A stretch of 63,473 nt of DNA, counting the filler, from Octopus bimaculoides (taxonomy: Eukaryota): assembly GCF_001194135.2 (NCBI RefSeq). It is 4 parts of 4 records of this genome, joined end to end, with 100 filler letters (N's around TTAATTAATTAA, not from the genome) between each part and the next. Parts side by side here need not be neighbours in the genome. Positions count along the whole stretch, not along the records: positions 39,816 to 50,909 come from NC_068982.1; positions 51,010 to 63,473 come from NC_069000.1; 2 more parts are not named here. The stretch is one strand, 5' to 3'. The notes below the pieces were generated by a model that did not search any database, was not told where the DNA came from, and saw only the letters and a program-made list of their open reading frames with translations. Positions 39,960 through 52,409 of the stretch are shown here, piece by piece. Positions within the stretch are counted from its first letter, which is position 1. Each line of letters begins with the position of its first letter. The position numbers and the translations under genes are program-made.

Positions 39960-40890
39960 TTTTTGTGAATTTATAGAGAATATCGAACCGTCTTACACAA
40001 GATCCTCATTGCCACCGCCCATGAACAATACCTGGACATATTTCGGCTCTTCCCTTGGTTGTGACTGTAGGCTGACCGAAAGGTGGCAGCACTGCTCTTG
40101 GATCTTATATCTGGTGAAAAACATCTATCCGTTAGATCTCTGTCTGCTCCAAACGATATCATTATAAATGACTCATTCTAATTCCAGGTAGAACCACGAA
40201 AGTGCTTGGCCTTCAGGGTGCTCTCTGTAAGCAGCTCCATCAATATTTCTGGCGGAGCTTGTAGCGCATTCAGTTTCACATTTCCTCTTGAGCAGCACAT
40301 AGTTGGAGCCTCACCTGCCAACTTAAGAGCCCTGCAATATTCGCAGACTGTTTCTATTCTGCCAATGGATAGGTTCCGGTTGCTACAATAATCTTTAATG
40401 AAATCATAGCTGAAGGCAGCTTTGAACCAGAAACTGCTCAGAAAATGCAGAAAAAATCTTTCGGATAAATGTTCGATCTGTCTCGTGAGTCGGTGCGACT
40501 CTGTCTGCTGCTAGGCGAGCTTCTCTCTATCTTGCCGTCTCTGCTTGCCTTGCTCTTTTTTAATATACTGTCTGTGCAGTTAAGCAAGCTTGCCTCTCCA
40601 CTGCCGTCTCTGTTTTCCTTGCTCTTTCTTGGTATAGTTTATGTGCAATACGGCGAGCTTCTGTACCCACTGCTGTTTCTAACTGCCTTGCCCTTCTATA
40701 GGCTGTTCGATTTTCAGCCTGGTGAAATTCTGCCTATGCTTTCTTCTATATTTGCCTTGCCCTCTTCTGGACTACTCTTTGTGCAGTTAGGTGAGCTTTT
40801 CTCTCCACTGTCGTCTCAGTTTGCCTTGTCTTTCTACGGACTGTTCTAGCTGCAGCCAGAAGAGTTTCTCTTTCTGTTACTGTCTCCTAA
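39960..40890 (-). pseudogene. Helitron RepHel N-terminal relic
   Basis: Manual translation gives AAFSYD...SIGRIETVCEYCRALKLAGEAPTMCCSRGNVKLNALQAPPEILMELL...FIMISFGA.../YKIQEQCCHLSVSL...PKYVQVLFMG. This matches the CxxC..ALK..E...CC..G.V.L...PP and SFGA...FK.QGQ.YH..GSL...KF.QIYF pattern recalled for Helitrons. It is preceded by 69-nt coding repeats. Stops and frameshifts are present. Confidence 0.8.
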
Positions 40891-41459
40891 GTGAAAAAAA
40901 AAAAAGATAAATTGCGTTACTTGTGAGTAACCACATGTATAACATACATTGTTTGAAATATCGATTTAAGTGTTATTTTAAATAAGAGCACAATATGTGA
41001 TGTGAAAGGAGGTAAACTGTATTCTTGAGTATAACGGTTTACATAGATAGTGGGAAACATTTATTGAATAACATATCTGTGTACGCCTTCAGCGCTGTTT
41101 TCGTGTGCGCACAAGTCGAGAACTCAGATTCGATATTTTTTACAATGGCATCGCAATTTTGTATTTCGAAGCTTTGAAGAGAAGGTGCACCATTACGCAT
41201 ACTGAAACTTGTCTTTGTTGTTGAGTACATCTTTATAAAACATCAACACAACTATCAATATAAATCAAGAAAGTTACGTCTATGAAATGTCATTAAATTT
41301 ATATATTGACTTAGTACAGGGTTTAGATTGATAATAAAATCATTGATCTTGTCTGACAACTTCTTTAGAGAAAGTCCACGTAATGTAGAACGCACACGTA
41401 TTCATACAACGCAACCACTGATAACAGGTCACTGTAATGATATTGCTTCTCTTTAATTC

Positions 41460-41696
41460 ACTGGATGGGTTATATCTCGACCCTTTCTAGGGGCCGTAGC
41501 GATCCAATTATAGATTTTTATTAAACTGCAATGAGCCTAGAAACAAACTATGCAAAGTTTCTCGAAGATTCAGACCGAGTGCAGATATGAATAGCATATG
41601 GGAACCGGTATTAAGGAAAGATAGGAAAATATTAGATTTATAAGTCCTAAAATTCCCTCCTAACCCCAAGATTCCGAGTTCGATTCCAGGCAGTGA

Positions 41697-41777
<81 letters not shown>

Positions 41778-41940
41778 CAACAACAACAATATCGAAAAAT
41801 ACCTTAGAAATGAGAAACCAGGTTCGAAATTTCCCCAAGACACCTGATGAAGGCTGGAGGGTATAACAGCCGAAACGTTGTATTAACACCAAACAAGATG
41901 AGGACAATTATCCGTCAAATGTAAATAATGTAAATAATGG
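41460..41940 (+). mobile_element. Penelope-derived non-autonomous repeat carrying a hammerhead motif, ending in (gtaaataat)2
   Basis: Contains CTGATGA-stem-GAAAC at 41844-41876 and an internal (AAT)n. The upstream reading SIWEPVLRK resembles Penelope C-termini (weak). Confidence 0.55.
41839..41884 (+). ncRNA. Minimal type I hammerhead ribozyme motif
   Basis: gacac CTGATGA a GGCTG(gagggtataa)CAGCC GAAA CG TT gtatt. Canonical core, 5-bp stem II, palindromic ACGT stem III, stem I with one mismatch. Confidence 0.65.
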
Positions 41941-42346
41941 AGATTAAGATTGTTTGGTATCGGATATTCATCACGTACAATGTTCCTAGTCAATGTAATC
42001 TCTGTCGCATGTGGACAGTCGAGATAAATGAATAGAGAAAATCCTTTCATTTTTATAATATTCTCTAACCAAGTAATAATACACAATTACAACATATAAA
42101 TAAATAGATTAGAAAGGGGTGTGAATACAACGAATTAGAGAAAAACCCGTGTATATCACCGTTTTTCCTGGTTTGTCCATTTACGTGGGAACTCTGAGCA
42201 AGATGTTGTAGTGCATGACCATCCTTCAGATATAAGTAATGTTTGTGTAAAATGTGGGGGAAATCGGTTGAGAATTGTGGAAATGTATGCGTTAGTCAAT
42301 ATACACACACATACTTGTGATTTATACACACACACACACACACACA

Positions 42347-42409
<63 letters not shown>

Positions 42410-42727
42410 GCCACTCGTTCGCTTTAGATGACGAAGGTTCCAGTTGATCCGATCAATGGAACAGCCTGCTCGCGAAATTAGCGTGCAAGTGGCAGAGTAC
42501 TCCACAGACGCGCGTACCCTTCATGTAGTTCTGAGGAAGATTCAGAGTGACAAAGAATGTGACAAGACTGGTCCTTTGAAATACACGTACTGCTCATTTT
42601 CCCTAGGTGAGTGTATTGGAGCAACGAGAAATAAAGTGGCTTGCTCAAGAACACAAGGCTTCGCTAGGAATCGAACTTACAATCATACCATCGTTAGCTC
42701 AATATCCTAAATAATAATCCACGCGCC

Positions 42728-42768
<41 letters not shown>

Positions 42769-43433
42769 GCTTGCTTCCCAACCACATGGTTCTGGGTTCA
42801 GTCCCATTGCATGACACCTTGGGCAAGTGTTTTCTACTATAGCCTCGAGCCGACCAAAACCTTGCGAGNNNNNNNNNNNNNNNNNNNNNNNNNNNNNNNN
42901 NNNNNNNNNNNNNNNNNNNNNNNNNNNNNNNNNNNNNNNNNNNNNNNNNNNNNNNNNNNNNNNNNNNNNNNNNNNNNNNNNNNNNNNNNNNNNNNNNNNN
43001 NNNNNNNNNNNNNNNNNNNNNNNNNNNNNNNNNNNNNNNNNNNNNNNNNNNNNNNNNNNNNNNNNNNNNNNNNNNNNNNNNATATATATATATATATTAG
43101 TATGATCGTCTATAGAAGAATAGATTAATCAATGAAATTCCGACTTTGATTTTCACATTTTATGTTTGCAATTTGTTCAATTTTACAATATTGAAATAAA
43201 CTAGTACTTGTATGCATTACGAAATCATCAGGTTTACATAGTGACTGTCGTGTTCTACAGTTGTCAAATGTTGTCAGTTGTGGAACACGACTGTCATTAT
43301 ATAGACCTGATGATTGTGTCATATATGACAGTACTAGTTTATGTCAATATTGTATAATTGTAAAATTGTAAAAAATGCAAATGATAAAACGTGAAAATCA
43401 GACTAAGCTGTAACGTTGGAATTTTATTGATTA

Positions 43434-43464
<31 letters not shown>

Positions 43465-44147
43465 CTCACACACACACATATAAGGCTGCACCACAGATGT
43501 AACCATGATGCTCCAGTGATCTGATGATTAGTTATCTTTCTTTATGTGCATTAATTTTTAAATATACAATTTTACAGTTGAACATACATATTGCAAAAAT
43601 ATACGTATAATTTTTGTATGCTAACATTCATAAAACGCGAAGGTTACGATAGATAGATGATCGCATATATATGAATATATATTTTTTTTTTTCAAATGTG
43701 TGTGTATGCGTGTACGCGTGTGTGTATGTATGTATTTCACTGCGTTCTACGTGTAACTTTCTGTGAAATCTTTGCTTCGCCAATGTATGTATGTATATAT
43801 GTAGGTATGTATGCTTATATATACTTAAAACTTAATGTGAATTAACTGTTTGCGTTTGCTAGTATATATATATACTGGAATAATACGGAAGTCACATGGA
43901 AGAATCATTCTAACTTCACGTCTCTCACCTCCTGACCTTTTGCGTTATTTATTACATGCTGAAAAAATTTCTTGTTCGGATATTCTTGATTGTCATTTTC
44001 ACAAATATAGTTCTTTCGACTACATTGTAATTGATTACTATTTAGACTGGTAACAGATTTCGAACAGAGAGCTCACTGCGAAAGCTACTTGATTTTCTAA
44101 ATCCATATTTTACACTACTTTTTAGTGTTTTGGTATGTGCGTTTGTG

Positions 44148-44209
<62 letters not shown>

Positions 44210-45869
44210 CATGCATACATACATAGGTAAATATCGATACAGAGATACAAATATATACATATATATGCATACACATATTGATACATATGCATCTAATTTT
44301 TTAAAAAAATACAGTCTATCTAAATACCAAAACGTGTTTTGTGTGTGTCTATGTGTATGTCTGCGTGTGTGTGTTTGTGTGTGTGCGTGCGTGTGTGTAT
44401 GTGTATATGTGCACATGCTTAATAGTATATGCACGCACTCATACGCACCGGACACGATATAATATACCGACTACTGAAATAAAAATAATATACAGCACAC
44501 TTACACAAAAGATGTTATACACGAAATTTTTAACCCTTGAAACACACTTATACCTAGGCAACCAGAGTATATATATATATATATATTTATATATAACAAA
44601 GTAAAGGTGTAAGTTACCGCACGAGTGGAAATACATATGAAGGAAGGTTTGAAAATGCAATTTTAAAGATGTTTATTTACTTTACTGGTTTCACGTTTTT
44701 TAGAAAAAGATTGTCAAAAGTAAAATATAAAGCTTTATATAAGCCTTGTAGTGTTAAGTACAGGTTGTCACAAAAGTATTAAAATACTTGATGTCATGGG
44801 TCGCTTAGCTTAATGCTGCTGAGCACTGAATCGTAGCTCGCGAGCTACTGGGTTTCATTTCCAGTGGCGAGTTACAGGTCAATTTTTTTCTTTCCCGTTT
44901 TCTAAGGGTATTTAGCCAATCTTCTAAGCTGTTTTCATAGCAATTCTGCGTTCGAGTGTTCCTTTAGATGAAAATGGTCTATGAGAAACATCATATGGCG
45001 AAAAACTTGTCAATAAACATTAGTTTCAATAAAATATGTACGGCTTTAAGTGACAAAAGAAGTTGAAAGTATTAAGAAATCAAAATATTTTTCTCTGTTT
45101 AAGAAACCAATAATAAAATAAACTCAAATAAAAGAGTTCATCGCGACGGATATTTTGGGGAAAACACCGTCTAAAATTATTAAGCATAGAAAAAAGTTAT
45201 GATTTTTCGTGATTTCATATTAATTTTTATTATCTCATTTATGCATTTAAATTGGGACGTGTTAGAAACACTAAAATAAAGCTTCACTGATTAAAAGGCA
45301 TAATTATTAATTATTCAATTAGAATATAACATTTTTTAATTTAAAAATTGTTTAAAGATATTTCTATTGACAACAGATGTTAATTCTTTGTTATTTTCTA
45401 TTGAAAACAAAATCTTTATTTAGAAAATATTTACAATAGTATCGGTTTTTCAATTACAACGTTAAGTATAATTAATTATAATAATAGAAACGTTGCCTGG
45501 AATAAAAAAATTGAATCGAATGGAAAATGCAAGGGCAGAATCCTAGAATATCTTTAAATATTGAACCTGGAAAAGTACAGAGGAAGCAGTAACAGAATGA
45601 AAAATATTAGGAGAGTGCTAAAACATTCTGAAGTATTGAACCTGGAAAATTACAGGACAAGAAAAAAAAAAGACTTAAAACGTTACTGCTGGAGTTTGAA
45701 TTTGCTAAATACGTTTCTGAAATTATTCACCAAATAATGTGCGCGCTTTTTTGTTTTTTAAACTTTTTGATGCTTATTACAAATTATTCTAATTTAATAT
45801 TCTTATTTAAAATTTTCTTTTTACAAATCTAAAACATTTGTCTTAGTATTATGTTCTAGTCTTTCTTTC

Positions 45870-46076
45870 TTTTATTCTTTTATTTGTTTCAGTCACTTGA
45901 CTGCGGTCATGCTGGAGCACCCCTTTAGTCGAGCAAATCGACCCCAGGACTTCTTCTTTGTAAGCCTAGTACTTATTCTATCGCTCTCTCTTGCCGAACC
46001 GCTAAGTTACGGGGACGTAAGCACACCAGTATCGGTTGTCTAGCGATGTTGGGGGGACAAACANNNNNNNNNNCAA

Positions 46077-46132
<56 letters not shown>

Positions 46133-46270
46133 CGGGCTTCTTTCAGTTTCCGTCTACCAAATCCACTCACAAGGCTTTGGTCGGCCCGAGGCTATCGTAG
46201 AAGACACTTTCCCAAGGTGTCAAGCAGTGGGACTGAAGCCGGAACCATGTGGTTGGTGAGCAAGCTACTT
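45870..46270 (-). mobile_element. Near full-length SINE family A
   Basis: Reverse complement of the 38515-38920 family. Confidence 0.9.
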
Positions 46271-46870
46271 TATTTCATTTTATTTGCCATAAAGGCAATA
46301 TACGGAGTAGCTGCAGACTGGAAACACATTAATGAATGAAAATGAAATGACATAAAATGAATAAATGAGAGACGAAACCCAACGCCCGGTAATTGGGTTT
46401 TTCTCGAAAACATTTTCTTTTTTTAAAAAATCAATATGAGGTTTCAAACTTCTTACATAAAGGAGGCACAAAAACCTCTTAACATTTAAAAAAAAAAAAC
46501 ACAATTAAGGTTTTAAACCACTACAAATAATGCAATAAGATGCGGTTTAAAACCCTCTTAACGAGGCTTTTTCACCTCTTATTCATCGATATCCATCAAT
46601 ATATCTATCATTATCTTCAGTGCCGCTTGAGTTCCTGTACCCCGCCATTTCCCATATCTCATTCATGTTAGGGTCAATCGTCCATATGCGACAATCCTCT
46701 TTAAGTATTCTAAGCTTTTCCCACACGGAAATCCTTATAACCTCCACTGCTATCTGCGGAGGCCATTCGGGATCCCATGTGCAGGCCATATTTACTGTCT
46801 ATGTTCTTCCACTATTTTTTCCCACCTCTCCGCTCTTGTAGAAAAAGATAAGTAATTCTTCATCTTCAGG

Positions 46871-47598
46871 GGCGTATTAGGAAAGTCCGAAACTCGAGCA
46901 CTAGAGTTTCCACTCTACGTTGTCCATCTATCCGGTGTTCTTACTAGAGTTAATAGGAAAATATATTATATTCGTTGCCCGCACACATCTTTGCCAGTAT
47001 ACTTTCAGTGAAACCTTAAATATGTCGTACGGTTATTGACTGCTATTTCCAGCAAACATGGGTGCCTTGTTGTACCACTATCTTCTATTTATTATTCCAG
47101 CTTTACGGTGTTCTATCTAGCGGGAAAATAATACTACTGTATTGAAATTATATTTATAATTTTTATATAAAACTTTTTCACTGATCTCGATTCTGTTACG
47201 GCTAGGTGTTCAACCGAATATACTGGCATTGATGTAACGAATATTTTAAAATTTCGTCTTTCGGCAAATCTAGATGATGAGGTCTAACCAGATTTACGAT
47301 GACAGGTGTATTAGGAGAGCTCAAAACTCGAGTACTGGATTATCCACGCTACGTTGTCCATCTATCTGGTGTTCTTATTAGACGTAAGAGGAAGATCTTT
47401 TATATTCGTTGTGCGCACACTTCTTTGCCAGTATACATTCTGTGAAGCTTTAAAGAGCGTGGTACGGTTATCGACTGCTATTTCCAGCAAACATGGATCC
47501 CTTCTCGTGCCACTGTTTTCTAGTTATTATTATTCCTTTACGGTGCTTTATCTAGCGGGAAAATAATACTATTGTATTGCAATAATATTTATAATTTA

Positions 47599-47601
<3 letters not shown>
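46871..47601. repeat. Diverged direct duplication of an about 300-bp segment (period 434)
   Basis: Copies start ggcgtattagg (46871) and ggtgtattagg (47305). Both share ctacgttgtccatctatc, ctttgccagtatac, gactgctatttccagcaaacatgg and tctagcggga(a)aataatact. Confidence 0.85.
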
Positions 47602-47638
<37 letters not shown>

Positions 47639-47719
47639 GAGATTTGAATAATTTACATTGGGAATCTACTTAGTTCTTGTATGTCCTGACTTTTATCTAA
47701 TTATTCCTTAATGCTTGAT

Positions 47720-49213
47720 ATTAAGATGCCACTAACAAGCTTTTTTTTTTGTGGCAACCTTTCTCAACCTTTCTTTTTGAAAAATAACCTAGTCTCATTA
47801 CTGTTTCCTGCTGTTATCTTTAGGAATCTACCATGTAAAGCCTTCTCTCACCAGTCAGATAACTTTTGTTCTTTTTTCAGGTCTTTAACTTCATTTTGCT
47901 TTTTGGTTTATGTATGTTCTACTGTGACTCTACCAGCTCTTAAAAAAAACCTTTCTTCATTATTAACTACATAAGAGGCTATATCTATTCTAGCTAACGC
48001 CACGAAGTCTTCTGCCGATATTAACGATCTTCTACCGTTCTTTTTAGGTAAGTATAATCTTGCTATTCCTGCTGCTGGGTGAAATCCTCCATTCATATTG
48101 AATTCCTTCCTAGTTCTTCTGTTCAGCTTTACTAATTAAGATTTTATCCCATCTACAAAACCTCCTGAGTATCTATGTAACGACACAGCCCAAGGATTTT
48201 CAACCTTCAATATATTCCGACCATTAGCTTTCATTTCATTAGGTTCTTCACCCTTCTGATGTACTCCTAAATTTTCGTTTTCATTTCTACAGTTAGTATT
48301 CTATCAGATTCTAATACTCCTAGATTCTTATAAATCTCTCCTTTCAGTGATTTTAACGTCTGGCTATCTGGTAATTGGATGCCTTCACTGTTGACTACTT
48401 GTCCTTTTTTCATGAGTAATTTTTCACAATTATCTATGTCAAATTCTATGCATGTATTCTTGCTGAAGAGTCTTACATTTTGTATTAAGGAATCTATCTC
48501 TTTTTCATTCTTACTAAAAAGCTTCAGATCATCCAGGTGGAGCAAATGGTTAATTTTTCCTTTACTATTTCTGAAATGATACCTTGCCTTTGTTTTCCGT
48601 AATACTAAACTGCGGTGGATTAAGCACAAAACAAATATTAATGGGCATAACGAGTCTGCTTGGAAAATTCCTCCTTTGATATTAACGTTCCCTAATGCTG
48701 TGTCACCTGAGTAAAGTTCTACTTTACATCTCTTCATGCTAAAGCTAATTAATTCTCTTCTGTTGTCTGCAATACTGAATATACTCAAACATTCACTTAT
48801 CCATGAGTCTGGGATCATGTCATAGGCCTTTTTATAATCTTTCCATACTATTGCTAATTTTTTCTTTCCTAGATTTTACGTCATTTAGAACTGCTTTGTC
48901 TCTGTATAATAGATCATGCGTTCCTCTAGCCTTCTTCCTGCAACCTTTCTGTTCTTCTGGTAGTAAATTCTGGCTGTCAAGATGCTCGTAAATGCTTTCT
49001 GAAAGCATTCCTCTTAGCAGCTAATGGTAAGCAAGTGATTGGTCTATAATTGCTAGCTATATTACCCTTGTTTTGGTCTATAATCGCTAGCTATATTACC
49101 CTTGCTTTCATAATGTTCTCCCTCTCGTCATCCAATCTAATATTATTCCTTCATTAAGGCAATCCTGAAGTTGCTCTCTCAGTCTTCCGTACAAGCTACT
49201 TCCCTCACTTTCT
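47720..49213 (-). mobile_element. Dong/R4-clade non-LTR retrotransposon RT fragment, truncated at both ends
   Basis: NYRPITCLP...LPEEQKGCRK...DYKKAYDMIPDSWI...GIFQADSLCPLIFVLCL...INHLLHLDDLKLF...FHP...RLYLPKKNGRRSL...WREKALHGRF. Confidence 0.85.
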
Positions 49214-49357
49214 TTAATCATACTGCATTTTCATTATGATTGGCCGACTTATCCTATTGTCATCATCATCACCATCATCATCATCATCGTCATCATCATC
49301 ATCATCATCATCATCGTCATTATTATTGTTGCTGTTGTTGTCGTCGTCATCATCATC

Positions 49358-49402
<45 letters not shown>

Positions 49403-49882
49403 GAGTGAGAGAGGAATGCATGCCATCGAAGTGACACTGGGGTAAAATATATGAAGCCCAATATACCCGTCAAGATTACCCGCTTGATAGGGATATGCCA
49501 AGCACATATATCACAGCCATATGTGCGTGACATGATGACCTATACAAACAGTCCATAACCTTACAGGTGGGGCCCAGGTAGAATTTTCTTCAGCTCCAGT
49601 AGCCCATCCAACTCAAAAGATCCCTGAATAAGGTTTGTTTAGGAAGGTTGAACGAAGCACCCATGTTTCCATAAGTGAATTATTCAAACAGCAAATAATT
49701 CCTCTCAACACATGGCTATGATGCTCACCCACTACTTCTGCTCGTGATCAGAGACGCATATTTCGTCAGCCATCAAGGGACATGCTCAACTGGTTGAGGT
49801 CAAACAACTGATAAGCAAATCTGTGGTATTGAGCAGAATATTTGCTGTAGCCAAGCCGTGAGAGCCAGTGCCAGGGCTGATT

Positions 49883-49941
<59 letters not shown>

Positions 49942-52343
49942 TATTATTATCATTATTATTATCATTATTATTATTATTGTTATTATTACTATTATTATTA
50001 TTATAGGCGGCAAGCTGGCAGAATCGATAGTACGCTGGACGAAATGCCTAGCGGTATTTTGTCTACCGCTACGTTCTGAATTCAAATTCCGGCGAGGTCG
50101 ACTTTGCCTTTCGTCGTTTCAGATCGATAAAATAGGCACCAGTTGAACACTGGAATAGATGTAGTCGACTTATCTCCTCCCCAAAATTCCTGCCCTTGTG
50201 GCAAAATTTGAAACCACGTTGGGTGTTCAAATTCCACCGAGGTCAACTGTGCCTTTCAGCATTTCGGAGTCGAGGCATTAAGTATCAGTCATACACTGAG
50301 GTCGATGCAATCGACTTGCCTCCTCCCCGAAATTACCTGCCTTGTGCCAAAATTTAAAATCATTATTATTGTTGTTGTTGTTAGAGCAAATCTTACCGAG
50401 GTTAACATAACCTCTGATTCTTTCGATATCGACAAAAGAGAGTCCTGAATTCTATATGAACGTATACCTGTTTTCAAATTTGTGAACTTATGCTTATATC
50501 AGTAACTATTATTAACAACATTTGTTCAGATTCAGCCTAGATGTCTGCCCTTGATCCGTTCTTGGTCGATTAAACAAGTACCAGATGTACACTGAGGTCA
50601 ATGTACTTGGCCGTCCACCTCACCCAAGATTTCAGGACTTGCGCTCAGAATAGGAAGGTTTATCAATACTACTATCCATACAAACTCATACCGTCCAACA
50701 AACGCATATATTATTTATTCTGGCTTTGGGTAATGGACTTAACTCGGCGTAATTGGATCGATCGCTTGATAACTATGGTTATTTGTTGAGAGTCATGCAA
50801 GTATTTACAAAACATATTTGTCAATCTACAATCCATCTATAGAGTAACGCAATAATTAGATAAAAAAATTATGTAATTGTGTAAAATTCACCAATCCAAC
50901 CCAGTCTCTNNNNNNNNNNNNNNNNNNNNNNNNNNNNNNNNNNNNNNNNNNNNTTAATTAATTAANNNNNNNNNNNNNNNNNNNNNNNNNNNNNNNNNNN
51001 NNNNNNNNNAGAAGTCCCGTGTGGAGGGATTACGGTTTAACCATCAAACTTAGAGATATCAAATATAAAATATACAAGAAATATATGTATCTATGTATCT
51101 ATGTCTATGTGTATTATTATTATTATCATTATTACTATCATTATTATTATTATTATTATGAATAGACAACAAGAAGGATGCGATGGAATGGGGCAAAATA
51201 AGATAAGACAAGTTCAATTAAAATGAATTTAGAGGAATAAGTATTAAAGCATGTAAAGAGACGCAACTGGAAGATATAGCTGAGAAAAGCTAAAAGTACA
51301 AAATAATAATGAATGGGATTACATAATAAAGATAGTGGATACAGGTGCAGCCATGGATACATGGCTAGAACATTCGATTCGCAACCACGTGGTTTCGGGT
51401 TCAGTTCCATTTCACGGCATCTTGGTCTTTAAGCCGAATAATGTTTTCTGAGTGAATTTGGTAGACGGTGAATGTTGGAAAGCTTGTGTTTTATAATTAT
51501 GTGAAGGCGCGTGGCCTAGTGGTTTAGGTGTTGTTCTCACGTTCTCAAGATCGTGATTTCAATTCCCAGACCGGTGATGCGTTATTTTCTAGAGCAAAGC
51601 ACTTTATTTCATGACGTTCCAGTTCACTCAGCTATAAATGAAGAAACCCTGTGACTGATTATCGTCCCCTTCGGAGCGAATATTAGCCTGCCCGCCCGTG
51701 AAATTTTTCCCACGAGATTTCCGGACCCCAGTAAGGTAATGAACTCATTTGTATACAACCAGTCAGAGCTCGCCTTGAGAATCCACATGCTGGATGGATT
51801 GCTTAGACCGGTTGAAATTAAGCAAAGAACTGTGCTAAATTAAGTGTAGTTGAATAAAAGAAAATTGTTGTTGATGTTTGTTATAAATGAAGTCTTGACC
51901 ATGATCCACTTGTAAGAACGAATGTATACTACATTAGAATTGCCTTGCAAACGTGATTAGCAACCAGTTTCAATGTCCATTTTAGTGGCAGTCTTGCCGA
52001 ATAGCATTTAGCAATTAGTGACAGCTCTACCGCTAGCAGTTAGTCGCAATCAATTGTTCTCGATCTTACTGCATGACCAAAACCAGCCAATAAGAATCAG
52101 CCTTACTCATCATTCAATGACAACCAACTTTACCTAGAAGCTCTAGACGCCAAACCACTCATAACCAAACATCCGAACACTCAGGAGTTTTTTTCCTCAC
52201 TTTTTGTGAAACTTTAAGTAACCTAATGCGATTCATCGTAGTCAAATTGCTAATGCAATGGGAAACAAACTCTACCCTTTTTCTTTGTACAGGTATATAT
52301 AAAACACACAGAGAATATATGCATATGTTTAGATATGTGTGAG

Positions 52344-52409
<66 letters not shown>

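Noticed and set aside
49036-49108. About 34-bp tandem duplication inside the Dong/R4 relic, and a similar short duplication at 59980-60070
   Set aside because: Ordinary slippage in decayed or low-complexity DNA.
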